Assembly (NCBI GenBank): GCA_965228475.1
Contig: OZ245817.1
Span: 160,001 to 224,000, forward strand
Direction: 5' to 3'
Source of the DNA: Myxococcota bacterium
Lineage (GTDB): Bacteria > Myxococcota_A > UBA9160 > JAFDDA01
DNA length: 64,000 nucleotides
Shown: positions 27,380 through 37,242 of the stretch, in pieces
Layout of the letters: the number at the start of each line of letters is the position of its first letter
Numbering within the stretch: the stretch's first letter is position 1
Translations under genes and position numbers: made by a program
Notes under the pieces: generated by a model
What the model was told of the DNA's origin: nothing
Database searches by the model: none
The model's input: the letters and a program-made list of their open reading frames with translations, nothing else

Positions 27380-28281
27380 GGCAGGGGGACTCCTTCGGAC
27401 GCCTGCACGACGGCGTAGACGTCCTCGCGTTCGAGCCGCACTTCGAGGGCGCGGGGCGCGCCGGCGATGCGGCCGAGATCCATGGATCCGAGGATCGCGA
27501 CGGGCGCGGCCGGGTGGGCCAGGACGAAGGCCACGCAGAGCGTCGCGCGGTCCGTGCCCTCGCGCTCGGCGAGCCGGTCGAGCGTCGAGACGAGCTCGTG
27601 GGTGAAGCCTTCGCCGGTGACGAGCCGCCCGCCGGCCAGGGGGCTCCAGGCGAGCGCCGCGATGCCGTGGGCCATGCACTGGTCGAAGGTGCCGTCGCGC
27701 ATCGGCGCGAGATGCCCCGCGGAGAATTCGGGTTGGTTCGAGACGATCGGGAAGGGGAGGTGCGCCCGGAGGGCCTCCACCTGCGCGGGCGTATGATTCG
27801 AGACGCCGACGCAGGCGATCTTGCCCGCGCTGCGTAGCTTCTCGAGCGCGCCGGCCAACTCCGCCGGGTGGGCGTAGAGGTCCGGCCGGTGGATCTGGTA
27901 GAGGTCGATGCGCTCGGTGCCGAGCCGCTTGAGCGAGGCTTCGCAGGCGGCCAGCAGCCCGGCTTCGCTCGAGTCGTAGGGGACCGGCGGGCGGATGCCG
28001 CCCTTGCTCGCGAGGACCATCCGTTCGCGCAGCTCCGGGGCGTCGGCGAGCACCCGGCCGAGCAGCTCCTCCGCCGCGCCGAAGCCCGAGCCGCCCCAGT
28101 CGAGCCCGTACACGTCCGCGGTGTCGACGAGGTTCATGCCGGCGTCCAGCGCCGCTTCCACGCGCGCGCGGGCGTCCGCCGGGGACATGTCGACGAGCCG
28201 CCAGCAGCCGAAGCCGAGGGGGCCCACCTGGAAGTCGGGCCCGAGGGAGCGCGGGGCCGTGCGCACGAGGGATTCCGTCAT
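27376..28281 (-). CDS. Aldo/keto reductase, 6-oxo-glucose reductase-like (SmoB/SquF)
   Basis: GCWRL, DTADVYG, IHRPD, GVSN, AWSPLAGG; ATGA overlap with the LLM gene. Confidence 0.8.
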   Translation of the reverse strand: MTESLVRTAPRSLGPDFQVGPLGFGCWRLVDMSPADARARVEAALDAGMNLVDTADVYGLDWGGSGFGAAEELLGRVLADAPELRERMVLASKGGIRPPVPYDSSEAGLLAACEASLKRLGTERIDLYQIHRPDLYAHPAELAGALEKLRSAGKIACVGVSNHTPAQVEALRAHLPFPIVSNQPEFSAGHLAPMRDGTFDQCMAHGIAALAWSPLAGGRLVTGEGFTHELVSTLDRLAEREGTDRATLCVAFVLAHPAAPVAILGSMDLGRIAGAPRALEVRLEREDVYAVVQASEGVPLP

Positions 28282-28336
28282 GGCCGGATCGTACCTGATA
28301 TGGGGGCGCCCGATCGGGCCGGCTGCCCGGCCCCGG

Positions 28337-29746
28337 CTAGCTCGCCAGGGCCAGGACCTCGTCGAGACCCTCTTCGAGGCAGCTCGCCAGCCGGTCCGCG
28401 TCGGTGACGGCCGCCGCGTCGCTGGTGATGCCGACGTGGGCCGCGCCGTCGTAGCTGAAGAGGGTGATGTTGGTCGCCGCACCGCTCGGCGGGCCGAAGG
28501 GGATCATGGAGAGGATCTTCGCGCCCGCCACGTAGACCGGGAAGTTCGGCCCCGGGACGTTGCTCGTCACGAAGTCGACGGCCTTCATCATCGAGCCGAA
28601 GGCGCTCGTGGCGGCGGGCGCCGGCAGCCGGTTCAGGGCGCCGGCGATGACGTCGAGGGCGGGGAGCGAGGGCTCCGCGCGCTCCCGGGCGACCCGGGCG
28701 TGAATCTCCCGCATCCGTTCGAGGGGGTCGCGCAGGCCGACGGGAATGGCGAAGCGGACCGGGGCGAACTGGTTCCCGGCCTTCCGTGCGTTCTCTCCGT
28801 GGCGGAGGTTCACCGGCATGCTCATGCGCAGCTCGGTCACGCTCTGGCCGAGCGCTTCGTGGTAGCGTCGCAGGCCGCCGGCCACGCCCGCGACGAAGGC
28901 GTCGTTCACCGTGCCGTCGACGCGTTTGCCTGCGGCCTTCAGCAGGGAGAGCGGGCGCGAGAACATGTGAAGGCGGCGGGTGAGGCCGCGCCCGGTCATG
29001 ACCGGGCTCATCGGCTCCGAGACCGGGGCGAGCAGGCGCCCCGCCGAGCCCGCGAGCTCCGCCGCGTTCTGGATCGAGCTCCTCGGGTGGCGCACCAGGC
29101 TCGAGAGCCCCTGCACCACGGCTGCGGCGGCGGTCTTGCCCTGTTCGAGCCGCCGCGACGCCTGGAAGCGCAGCGCGTCGAGGGTTTCGTCGATCGGGCT
29201 CCAGGGTTCGGGCACCGGCTCGACCGGAACCTCGGGCGCGTTCGGCGAAGCGGCTTCGGGTTCGCGGCTGCGCTCGATCAGGTGCGCGGTCATGCGGACC
29301 AGCCCGACGCCGTCGGACATGGCGTGGTGGATCTTCAAGAGCGCCCCGGCCTGGCCGCCCTCGAGCCCCTCGACCAGGACGAGTTCCCAGAGCGGGCGGT
29401 CCGTGTCGAAGGCCTGCATGGCGATGGGTTCCGCCACGTCGAGGAAGTCGCGCACGGTGCCTTTGCCCGGAGCGCCAACGCGGCGCACGTGGTAGGCGAG
29501 ATCGAAGTAGGGGTCCTCTTCCCAGCGCGGCGGGGCGACGCCGAGCGGATCGGTCGCGACGCGCTGCCGTAGGCGCGGGATCAGACGGGCGGTGTGTTCG
29601 ACCTTGGCGCGCGCCCGGTCGAGATCCGGCGCGCGGTCGAGCAGCCAGGCGCTCACGATGGTGGAACGCAGGAGCGGGTCGCGCTCGATCGTCCAGGTCA
29701 GGGCATCGCTGTCGCCCATCCGCTCTTCGTAGACGGTCTCCGCCAC
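28337..29746 (-). CDS. Wax ester synthase/diacylglycerol acyltransferase (WS/DGAT)
   Basis: RPLWE, HHAMSDG (HHxxxDG), TVND, TSNVPGP. Confidence 0.92.
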   Translation of the reverse strand: MAETVYEERMGDSDALTWTIERDPLLRSTIVSAWLLDRAPDLDRARAKVEHTARLIPRLRQRVATDPLGVAPPRWEEDPYFDLAYHVRRVGAPGKGTVRDFLDVAEPIAMQAFDTDRPLWELVLVEGLEGGQAGALLKIHHAMSDGVGLVRMTAHLIERSREPEAASPNAPEVPVEPVPEPWSPIDETLDALRFQASRRLEQGKTAAAAVVQGLSSLVRHPRSSIQNAAELAGSAGRLLAPVSEPMSPVMTGRGLTRRLHMFSRPLSLLKAAGKRVDGTVNDAFVAGVAGGLRRYHEALGQSVTELRMSMPVNLRHGENARKAGNQFAPVRFAIPVGLRDPLERMREIHARVARERAEPSLPALDVIAGALNRLPAPAATSAFGSMMKAVDFVTSNVPGPNFPVYVAGAKILSMIPFGPPSGAATNITLFSYDGAAHVGITSDAAAVTDADRLASCLEEGLDEVLALAS

Positions 29747-29841
29747 GCTCGGCCTCCGGATCCCCCGCCCGGCATCATACCCCGCGCCGGGGCTCCGGGT
29801 GGGCCGCGCGTCCCGCAGGGCCTGCGAGCTATCCTGCCGGG

Positions 29842-30261
29842 ATGCGATACCTGCACACGATGGTCCGCGTGAGCGACCTGGACGCTTCCCTCGACTTCTA
29901 CTGCAACCAGCTCGGCCTCTCGGAGGTCCGCCGCATCGACGTGGAGGCGGGGCGATTCACCCTGGTCTTCCTCGGCGCGCCCGGAAACCCCGAGGTCCAC
30001 GTCGAGCTCACCCACAACTGGGACCCGGAGGAGTACGGCGGCGGGCGCAACTTCGGCCACCTGGCCTACGCCGTGGACGACATCTACGCCCTCTGCCAGA
30101 AGCTCATGGACGCGGGCGTCACCATCAACCGGCCGCCGCGGGACGGCCACATGGCCTTCGTCCGCTCCCCGGACGGCATCTCGATCGAGCTGCTCCAGGA
30201 TGGCGATGCGCTCCCGCCGAAGGAGCCCTGGGCGTCGATGCCGAACACCGGCGAGTGGTAG
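29842..30261 (+). CDS. gloA: Lactoylglutathione lyase (glyoxalase I)-like VOC protein
   Basis: [35 protein letters not shown]. Confidence 0.85.
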   Translation: MRYLHTMVRVSDLDASLDFYCNQLGLSEVRRIDVEAGRFTLVFLGAPGNPEVHVELTHNWDPEEYGGGRNFGHLAYAVDDIYALCQKLMDAGVTINRPPRDGHMAFVRSPDGISIELLQDGDALPPKEPWASMPNTGEW

Positions 30262-30298
30262 GCGCTTTTCGCGTGCGCGGCCGCGGCGTTTCGGCCCG

Positions 30299-30754
30299 CT
30301 AGAGCGCCGCTGCGACGGCGTCGGGCACGGCGTAGGCGCGCTTGAACGCTTCGGGCATGCGCCGCGGCCGGCCGGTCTCGAGGCAGATGCAGGCGTAGAC
30401 GAAGTCCCCGCGGAAGACGGTCGTACCGTCCCGGGCCCGGACGATCTGGAAGCGCCGCGTGGCGCGCAGGCGCTCGTCGTTCCCGACCATCCAGACGGCG
30501 ACCCGCAGCACGTCGCCCTCGTGGCACGCGGCGCTGTAGTGGAGCGTGGCGCGGTGCACGGCCATGGCACGTCCGAGCTTCTGCCACTCCGGAAAGCCGC
30601 AGCCGAGCACCTCGGTGTGGGCCCAGCCGGCGTCCTCGCACCAGCGCAGGTATGCGGCGTTGTTCGCGTGGCCGAGCCGGTCGATGTCCTCGGGCGCGAC
30701 CGTGCGCTCCCGCACGAAGGGCTCCGGGAGGTCGTACGCGGGCGCCGCGCTCAT
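30299..30754 (-). CDS. Acyl-CoA thioesterase (4HBT-like hotdog fold)
   Basis: EDIDRLGHANNAAYLRW; GRPRRMP. Confidence 0.85.
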   Translation of the reverse strand: MSAAPAYDLPEPFVRERTVAPEDIDRLGHANNAAYLRWCEDAGWAHTEVLGCGFPEWQKLGRAMAVHRATLHYSAACHEGDVLRVAVWMVGNDERLRATRRFQIVRARDGTTVFRGDFVYACICLETGRPRRMPEAFKRAYAVPDAVAAAL

Positions 30755-31746
30755 GCCTCGAGCGAGAGCCAGAGGCGCAGGAGATGGCGGCGCAGGGCCG
30801 GGTCCGGGTCGTCCTCGTACTCGGTCCGCGCGTGGAGGACGACGTGGTTCGAGAGCCACTGGACGTCGCCGGGCGCGAGGTCCATGTCGAGGTAGAACTC
30901 GGGGCTCGCGGCGATGGCCTCGTAGCGGTCGAGCAGCGCGGCTTCCTCGGCGGTGAACTCCGGCACGTCGTCGAAGCGCTGCACGGAGCGGAAGTAGTCG
31001 CTGTGATAGAAGGTGCGGAGGCGGCCCGCCGCGTGGCGACAGGGCGGGATCGGCAGGTAGCGCAGCTCGCCCTTCGAATCCTCGTTGCGCACGTCGAGCA
31101 GGAACGGTTCGTAGAGGCGGGCCACGGCGTCGGGCCGCTCGGCGAGCAGGGCGTTGTAGACCGAGACGGAGCTCACGATCCGGCTCGCGCCGCCGCTGCG
31201 TGCCGCCCGCAGGCAGAGCAGCCCGACGACGTCCGCCGCGTCGCAGTGGTAGGCGATGTTCGACTTCGTGCGGTAGAGGCGCACGAACGGGTCGCTCGCA
31301 TCGTCGCCGGTGTCGACGACGTGGCCGAGCAGGTCGCCCTGGGGGTTCTGGGCACCCGGCCGTCCCATGTGGAGCCCGATGCACCAGAACATGCGCTCGG
31401 CGTCTTCCTGGGAGAGGGCGTCGACGGGGAAACCCGAAACGACCTGGAAGCCGCGCCCGTCCTGGATCTCGGCGCGCCATCGCGCGATCTGCGCGGCGAG
31501 GCTCGGCAGCGGGAAGTCCTCCCGCGTGAGCTCGCCGGTCGGCTTGCCGGTCCCGGCGGCGTGCTCGAGGGCGGCGTGCAGCTCGGCCCGGTGGTTCTCG
31601 GACAGGGAGTCGCGCCAGGCGTCGCTCGCCGCGAGCTCCGGTCCGCGCCAGGCGGCCGGGGTCTCGAGAGGCTCGTGCAGAACGGACTCGTGGGGCCGTC
31701 CGAAGTAGTGGGCGGCCTGCTCGGCGTAGCTCTTGTAGGACTCCAC
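30751..31746 (-). CDS. TauD/TfdA family Fe(II)/2-oxoglutarate dioxygenase
   Basis: HCD facial-triad motif, VVGLLC, NHVVLHAR, RHLLRLW. Confidence 0.88.
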   Translation of the reverse strand: MESYKSYAEQAAHYFGRPHESVLHEPLETPAAWRGPELAASDAWRDSLSENHRAELHAALEHAAGTGKPTGELTREDFPLPSLAAQIARWRAEIQDGRGFQVVSGFPVDALSQEDAERMFWCIGLHMGRPGAQNPQGDLLGHVVDTGDDASDPFVRLYRTKSNIAYHCDAADVVGLLCLRAARSGGASRIVSSVSVYNALLAERPDAVARLYEPFLLDVRNEDSKGELRYLPIPPCRHAAGRLRTFYHSDYFRSVQRFDDVPEFTAEEAALLDRYEAIAASPEFYLDMDLAPGDVQWLSNHVVLHARTEYEDDPDPALRRHLLRLWLSLEA

Positions 31747-31780
31747 GCCCCGAGTCTAGCAGCGACCCGCCCCGGTCCGT

Positions 31781-32785
31781 TCAGACGTTGGCGCGCTCGC
31801 GCATGGCGATCACGTCGTCCGCGTTCCCCGCGACGATCAGGAGATCGCCGGGCTGGAGGACCTCCGTTCCGCGCGGAGGGATCAGTACGTCCTTCCCCGG
31901 CCGTTCGAGGGAGACGAAGGACATGCGCGCGTCGTCCCGGCGGCCGTAGGTCTGGAGGGCGACGCCGGCGAGAGCCGAGCCCTCCTTGATGGTCACCTCT
32001 CCGAGGACGACGTTGCTCTGGGAGGAGCCCCGGCTCGCGAGCAGGTCGGCGACCTTCGGGTTCAGGATGGCGGTCGCCACTTCCGAGCCGCCGCTCTGGA
32101 AGGGAGAGACCGTGCGGGTCGCGCCGGCGCGCCGGAGCTTGCGGACCTGCTCGTCGTTCTCCGCGCGCGCGAGGATCTGGAGGTCGGGCCGCAGCTCCCG
32201 CGCGGTGAGCGTCACGACGATGTTCTCGAGCTCTTCGTCCACGGCGGAGACGAGGTGGGTCGCCCGTGCGATCCCCGCACGCTCGAGCACGTCGTCCGAG
32301 CTCGCCTGGCCCTGCACGCAGTGGAGGCCGCGCTCGCACGCGCTCATGAACGCGTCCTCGTCGTCCTCGACCACGACGACCTGGCGGCCGGCGGCGATGA
32401 GCTGATCCACGATGGTCGAGCCCATGCGGCCGTACCCGCAGACGATGATGTGGTTCTCCATGTGGCGAATGCGTCGCTCCATCTTCTTTCTCCAGGCGAG
32501 TTGCGCAGCGAGGGCGCTCTCCATGACGATGGCCATCGCGTAGGAGGCGACGCCGATGCCGCCGACGAGCAGCGCGATGGCGACCATGCGTCCTTCGTCG
32601 GAGATGCCTTCGTCGCCGTAGCCGACCGTGGTGATCGTGATCAGGGTGAAGAAGAGGGCTTTCTGAAGGGTCCAGCCCTCGAGCCAGGCGAGCGCGATCG
32701 TCCCGGTGGCGATCACCGCCACCAGGGCCGCGGCGGCATTGCGGAGCCGCTGCCGTCGTTCGCGAATCTCGTGATGGGCGTTCAC
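31781..32785 (-). CDS. Potassium channel with TrkA-N/TrkA-C (RCK) domains
   Basis: Selectivity filter TTVGYGD; HIIVCGYGRMG; GGAGG RBS before GTG. Confidence 0.92.
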   Translation of the reverse strand: MNAHHEIRERRQRLRNAAAALVAVIATGTIALAWLEGWTLQKALFFTLITITTVGYGDEGISDEGRMVAIALLVGGIGVASYAMAIVMESALAAQLAWRKKMERRIRHMENHIIVCGYGRMGSTIVDQLIAAGRQVVVVEDDEDAFMSACERGLHCVQGQASSDDVLERAGIARATHLVSAVDEELENIVVTLTARELRPDLQILARAENDEQVRKLRRAGATRTVSPFQSGGSEVATAILNPKVADLLASRGSSQSNVVLGEVTIKEGSALAGVALQTYGRRDDARMSFVSLERPGKDVLIPPRGTEVLQPGDLLIVAGNADDVIAMRERANV

Positions 32786-32967
32786 GCCTTCCTCCCCGCC
32801 CTGCCTATCGGCTGCGCGGGACGTTCCGGCACACCGGCGAAGTCCGCAGTTTCGCTCCGGGGGAGCCACGAGCCGGACCTCCGGAGAAGGCCAGACGTGC
32901 GACACTGCGCGGCGCGCCCGCCCGTTTCATTTCGAAACGTCTTCGAGCTGGCGCCCGAGGAGAAGCC

Positions 32968-33612
32968 ATGCCCCGCCTGCGACAAGTCCCCCTCGCCGAA
33001 GCCCACGAGACGGCGAAGATCGTCTACAAGATGCTCTTCGGAGAGCGCGACCCCGTCGCGGAGCCGGGCACCGAGACCGGCTCCCCGGGCGATTGGTGGA
33101 CGGTCTTCGCCGGCGTGCCGGATTGTTTCGACCACGCGGTCGCGGGCTTCCAGTTCTACCGGAGCCCGAACCGCCAGCTCGACCCGAAGCTGCGCGAGCT
33201 CGGTCAGACGCGCGCCGGTTTCGCCCGGGGCAGCCGTTTCGTCTTCTCCCAGCACTGCAAGGCGTCGCGCTCGGTGGGGCTCAGCGAAGAGCAGATCCAG
33301 GCGATCCCCTCCTGGGGCGTCGCGGATTGCTTCTCGCCGCTCGAGCGCGCCGTGCTGGCCTACACGGACTGCCTCGTGCTCGACGGCGGGCGCGTTCCCG
33401 ACGAGGTCTTCGCCGCGCTGAAAGCCGAACTCTCGGACGCGGAGATCCTAGAGCTCACCTACGTGACCTGCCTCTACGAGATGCACGCCACGATGTGCCG
33501 CGCGCTGCGCCTCGAGTTCGACGACGTCGACGAGCGCATCACCGAGGTGCCGGCGCCGAGCGGTCAGGCGGGTCTCGACGTGATGGCCATGGTGGATCGC
33601 GAAGACGGATAG
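32968..33612 (+). CDS. Carboxymuconolactone decarboxylase/AhpD-like protein
   Basis: LDPKLRELG, FSQH, FSPLERAVLAYTD, ILELTY. Confidence 0.8.
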   Translation: MPRLRQVPLAEAHETAKIVYKMLFGERDPVAEPGTETGSPGDWWTVFAGVPDCFDHAVAGFQFYRSPNRQLDPKLRELGQTRAGFARGSRFVFSQHCKASRSVGLSEEQIQAIPSWGVADCFSPLERAVLAYTDCLVLDGGRVPDEVFAALKAELSDAEILELTYVTCLYEMHATMCRALRLEFDDVDERITEVPAPSGQAGLDVMAMVDREDG

Positions 33613-33618
33613 GCCGCG

Positions 33619-34197
33619 CTAGCGGGGCCGCTCGTTCAGGCAGTCGATGCTGCGCTCGCCGCTGCGCGCCGCCGCGTAGCGGTGGATGCTCGCGTAGTCC
33701 GGCTCGAAGAAGAGCCGCGGCTCGAGGCCGAGCACGTGGGCGGTGAAGACGTTGATCACCCCGCCGTGGCACACCACCGCGACGTGCTCGCCCGCGTGGC
33801 GGGCGATGATCTCCTCGAGCGCGCCGATCGCCTCCCGGCAGAACGCGGTGAAGTCGACGCCGTCGCCGTAGCCGCCCCGGGCGAAGGCGCGCCAGGCTTC
33901 CGGGTCTTCGGCCTTCAACTGTTCGAGCGGGATGTAGGTATCGGACTCGCGGTCGTACTCCGCGACGCGGGCCTCGGCGACGGGCTCGATCCCGAGCCGC
34001 TCGGCCAGCGGCGCGGCGGTCTGCCGGGCGCGCAGGAGCGGGCTCGCGTAGAGCGCGTCGATGGTCTCGCCGGCGAGCCAGCGCGCGGTTCGAAGGGCCT
34101 GCTCGTGGCCGCCGGCGTCGAGGGGCGGGTCCGCGGGGCTGCCGTCCTTCGTCTGCTTGCGCTCCGGCCGCGCGTGTCGGATCAGGGTCAGACGCAC
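33619..34197 (-). CDS. Histidine phosphatase family protein
   Basis: LIRHA, SPLLRARQTA, CHGGVI. Confidence 0.88.
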   Translation of the reverse strand: MRLTLIRHARPERKQTKDGSPADPPLDAGGHEQALRTARWLAGETIDALYASPLLRARQTAAPLAERLGIEPVAEARVAEYDRESDTYIPLEQLKAEDPEAWRAFARGGYGDGVDFTAFCREAIGALEEIIARHAGEHVAVVCHGGVINVFTAHVLGLEPRLFFEPDYASIHRYAAARSGERSIDCLNERPR

Positions 34198-34199
34198 GG

Positions 34200-35003
34200 T
34201 CAGTCCTCGTAGCGCGGCGCCCGCTTCGCCTTGCGGGCGCGTACCGCCTCTTCGAAGTTCTTCGTCGTGAGCCGCGCGTAGAGCTGGGTCACGCCCTCGT
34301 GGGTCATGTGGGAGCGGAGGCTTCCGGCTTCGAGGCCGGCCCACATCATCTGCTTGGTGAGTTCGATGCCGAGCTGGCTCCAGCCCGCGATGCGCTCCGC
34401 CGTGTCGAAGCAGGTGGCCAGCAGCGCGTCGCCCGGGACGGCCTCGGAGACGAGTCCGATGCGCGCCGCCTCCTCGGCGCCGACGTCCCGGCCCGTCAGC
34501 ATGATCTCGAAGGCGCGTGAGCTTCCGATCGCGCGGGGCAGGAGGTAGGAGAGCCCGAGCTCCATGGCGGTGAGCCCGTTGTTGATGCCGGCGGCGCGGA
34601 AGACCGCCTCCGTGGAGGCGATGCGCACGTCCGCCGCGAGCGCGAGGCAGAGCCCCCCGCCGATGGCCGGCCCGTTCACGGCGGCGATCACCGGCTGGTG
34701 CATTTCGCGCAGCGTGAGGATCACGTCCTCGAGGCAGCGCATCGCGCGCCGGGCGATCTTCGGAACCGTCAGGCCTTCGATGCCGGGAAGGAAGCCCGGG
34801 TCTTCGAGGTCGGCGCCGGCGCAGAAGGCCGAGCCCGCGCCCGTCAGGACCACCGCGCGGCAGTCGTTCTCCGCGCTCACGGTCTCCAGGGCTTCGCGCA
34901 GGGGAATCATCAGATCGAAGGCCATGGCGTTCTTGCGCTCGGGCCGGTTCAGGGTGATGCGCGCCGTGTGAGGGCGCGGGCGGTCGATCTCGACGAAAGG
35001 CAT
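34200..35003 (-). CDS. Enoyl-CoA hydratase/isomerase
   Basis: LNRPERKNA, FCAGADL, AAVNGPAIGGG. Confidence 0.92.
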   Translation of the reverse strand: MPFVEIDRPRPHTARITLNRPERKNAMAFDLMIPLREALETVSAENDCRAVVLTGAGSAFCAGADLEDPGFLPGIEGLTVPKIARRAMRCLEDVILTLREMHQPVIAAVNGPAIGGGLCLALAADVRIASTEAVFRAAGINNGLTAMELGLSYLLPRAIGSSRAFEIMLTGRDVGAEEAARIGLVSEAVPGDALLATCFDTAERIAGWSQLGIELTKQMMWAGLEAGSLRSHMTHEGVTQLYARLTTKNFEEAVRARKAKRAPRYED

Positions 35004-35112
35004 GGCGGGACTCTACCGCGTCCTTCGCGGCTCCTTCCCGCGGTTTCCCGGAATCCCTTGACGCCGCCCCGTGCGCCGGTGGAGGATCCCGGAACGCGCC
35101 CGGAGGTCTGCC

Positions 35113-35775
35113 ATGGTTGCCCGCCATCCCGACGAATCCCCGGAATACCGGAAGCTCCGCGACGAGCTTCGCGAGGCCGAGATCGCCCTGCGCGATCAGC
35201 GCGAGCGCGTCGCCGAACTCCGGCGGAGCCTGCCCCTCGACACCGTCGTCCCGGACGAGACCTTCCGCCGCGTTCGTGACGGTCAGGCCGAAGACGTGAA
35301 GCTCTCGGAGCTCTTCGATCGCCCGGACCAGCCGCTCCTGCTCCTCCACTTCATGTTCGGGAAGGCCCAGAAGAGCCCGTGCCCGATGTGCACCTCCTGG
35401 GCGGACGGCTACGACGGCATCCTTCCCCACCTCGAGCAGCGCGCGAACTTCCGCGTCTTCGTCGCGGGGGACCCGGCCGAGTTCGAGGCCTACGCCCGCT
35501 CGCGCGGCTGGAAGAACCTCGAGGTCGTTTCCGCCGGCGATTCGGCGCTCAAGCGCACGCTCGGTTTCGAGAACGGCGAGGGCGCCCAGGAACCCGGGCT
35601 TTCGGTCTTCACGCGCCGGGCCGACGGCTCCCTCGTCCATTTCTACTCCGTCTCGGCGAACCTCGAGGAAGCGGGCTTCCGCGGCATGGACCTCTTCAAC
35701 CCGCTCTGGCACTTCTTCGACACCACGCCCGAAGGCCGCGGAGAGTTCTTCCCGAGCAAGCGCTACGGCGACTGA
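35113..35775 (+). CDS. DUF899 family thioredoxin-like protein
   Basis: VAELRRSLP, HFMFG..PCPMCT, DTTPEGR; GGAGG RBS. Confidence 0.85.
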   Translation: MVARHPDESPEYRKLRDELREAEIALRDQRERVAELRRSLPLDTVVPDETFRRVRDGQAEDVKLSELFDRPDQPLLLLHFMFGKAQKSPCPMCTSWADGYDGILPHLEQRANFRVFVAGDPAEFEAYARSRGWKNLEVVSAGDSALKRTLGFENGEGAQEPGLSVFTRRADGSLVHFYSVSANLEEAGFRGMDLFNPLWHFFDTTPEGRGEFFPSKRYGD

Positions 35776-35856
35776 GTTCGACGGGCAGCGGCTCTGGTAG
35801 ACTCCGGCCGCGGCCATTCATTCTTCCCCTGCGGGTTCCACCGAGAGGAACGTTCC

Positions 35857-36246
35857 ATGAAGTACAGCGAGCCGGTCTACGCCGAGATCACCCCCGAGCT
35901 GAAAGAGCGTCTCGAGAAGTTCCGCGACGAGCACGAAGGTGCGGCGCTCGGCGGCGTCGGGACGACGGTTCTCTTCGAAGACGACGACGTGCGCATCTGG
36001 GAGCTGAAGCTCGAGCCCGGGCAGGCGAGCGACCTCCATCACCACGAGCACGACTACATCCTGATCATCATGAGCGGCGATCTCGTGGCCGGCGTCATGC
36101 CCAAGGGCGGGCCGATGGATTTCTTCGTCGGCAAGATCCCGCCGGAGGGGAACACGGTCCGCGTGCCGAAGGGCAACACCGAGTGGGCGGTGAACGTCGG
36201 CAACGAGACGTACCACGAGTTCCTGGTCGAGCTGAAGTCGACCTGA
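35857..36246 (+). CDS. Cupin domain protein
   Basis: LFEDDDVRIWELKLEPG..HHHEHDY. Confidence 0.75.
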   Translation: MKYSEPVYAEITPELKERLEKFRDEHEGAALGGVGTTVLFEDDDVRIWELKLEPGQASDLHHHEHDYILIIMSGDLVAGVMPKGGPMDFFVGKIPPEGNTVRVPKGNTEWAVNVGNETYHEFLVELKST

Positions 36247-36262
36247 TCGGGGCTCGCCGCGG

Positions 36263-37054
36263 TCAGTCTCCCGACTGTCCGAGGATCCGCCGGATGTGCG
36301 TCGTGAAGTTGGGCTGGCCGGTGTGGACCGTGATCCCGCCGTCGACGACGAGGCAGTGCCCGGTCACGTAGCGCGCGTCGTCGCTCGCGAGGAAGGTGAC
36401 GGTGGTCGCCACTTCGTCCGCGGTTCCGGGGCGTCCCATCGGGATGCGCTCGGCGTAGTCTTCGACCACGGCCGGCTGGTCGAGCAGGATCTTCGAGAGT
36501 GCCGTCTCGATCAGGCCCGGGCACACCGCGTTCACGCGGATGTTCTCCCGCGCGTGGTCGATGGCCAGGGTCTTCGTGTAGTTGGTGACGGCGCCCTTGG
36601 CGGCGTTGTAGGCGGCGAAGCCGTAGTCCGCCGCGACGCCGGAGATCGAGGCCGTGTTCACGATCGCGCCGCCCCCGCGGGCGCGCAGGTGCGGGATCGC
36701 CGCGCGGCATCCGTAGAAGACCGAGTGCAGGTCCGTCGCGATCACCTTGTGCCACTGCTCGGGGTCGATGTCCGGGGTTTCGCCGAAGCTGCCGATCCCG
36801 GCGTTGTTGAAGAGCACGTCGAGGCCGCCGAGCTGCTCCACCGTCGCCTCGACCAGCGCGTTCACCTGCTCGAGGTCCGAGACGTCCGCCGTCTGGAAGA
36901 CGCCGCCGATCTCGCTCGCGATCTCCTTGCCGGCGGCTTCGTCGAGGTCCGCGACCATCACCCGCGCGCCCTCCGCGGCGAAGCGGCGCGCGCTCGCCGC
37001 GCCGATCCCCGATGCCCCGCCCGTCACCAGAACCACCTTGTCCTCGAATCGCAT
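36263..37054 (-). CDS. SDR family oxidoreductase
   Basis: TGGASGIG, NNAGI, YNAAK. Confidence 0.92.
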   Translation of the reverse strand: MRFEDKVVLVTGGASGIGAASARRFAAEGARVMVADLDEAAGKEIASEIGGVFQTADVSDLEQVNALVEATVEQLGGLDVLFNNAGIGSFGETPDIDPEQWHKVIATDLHSVFYGCRAAIPHLRARGGGAIVNTASISGVAADYGFAAYNAAKGAVTNYTKTLAIDHARENIRVNAVCPGLIETALSKILLDQPAVVEDYAERIPMGRPGTADEVATTVTFLASDDARYVTGHCLVVDGGITVHTGQPNFTTHIRRILGQSGD

Positions 37055-37093
37055 GCCGTCCTCCCGTCGAGCCCCACGATAACCAACCGAGGG

Positions 37094-37193
37094 GACTGAC
37101 GAGGGGGACGTTCCTGCCTAGCTGCCCAAGGGGCCATTCCTCAGGCCGAGTGGGTCCCTGGGCAGCTAGGCAGGAACGTCCCCCTCGTCAGTC
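37094..37193. repeat. 100-bp element with 35-bp perfect inverted repeats (MITE/REPIN-like)
   Basis: GACTGACGAGGGGGACGTTCCTGCCTAGCTGCCCA (37094-37128) and its exact reverse complement (37159-37193); 30-nt core. Confidence 0.9.
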
Positions 37194-37242
37194 GGGGCGG
37201 GCCGTGGCAGGATGCTTCCTGAACCACCCCGAGGGCGACGAC

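Noticed and set aside
33619..35817. 732-aa ORF as one protein
   Set aside because: Only 33619-34197 (histidine phosphatase) is real; the rest overlaps the enoyl-CoA hydratase and DUF899 genes.
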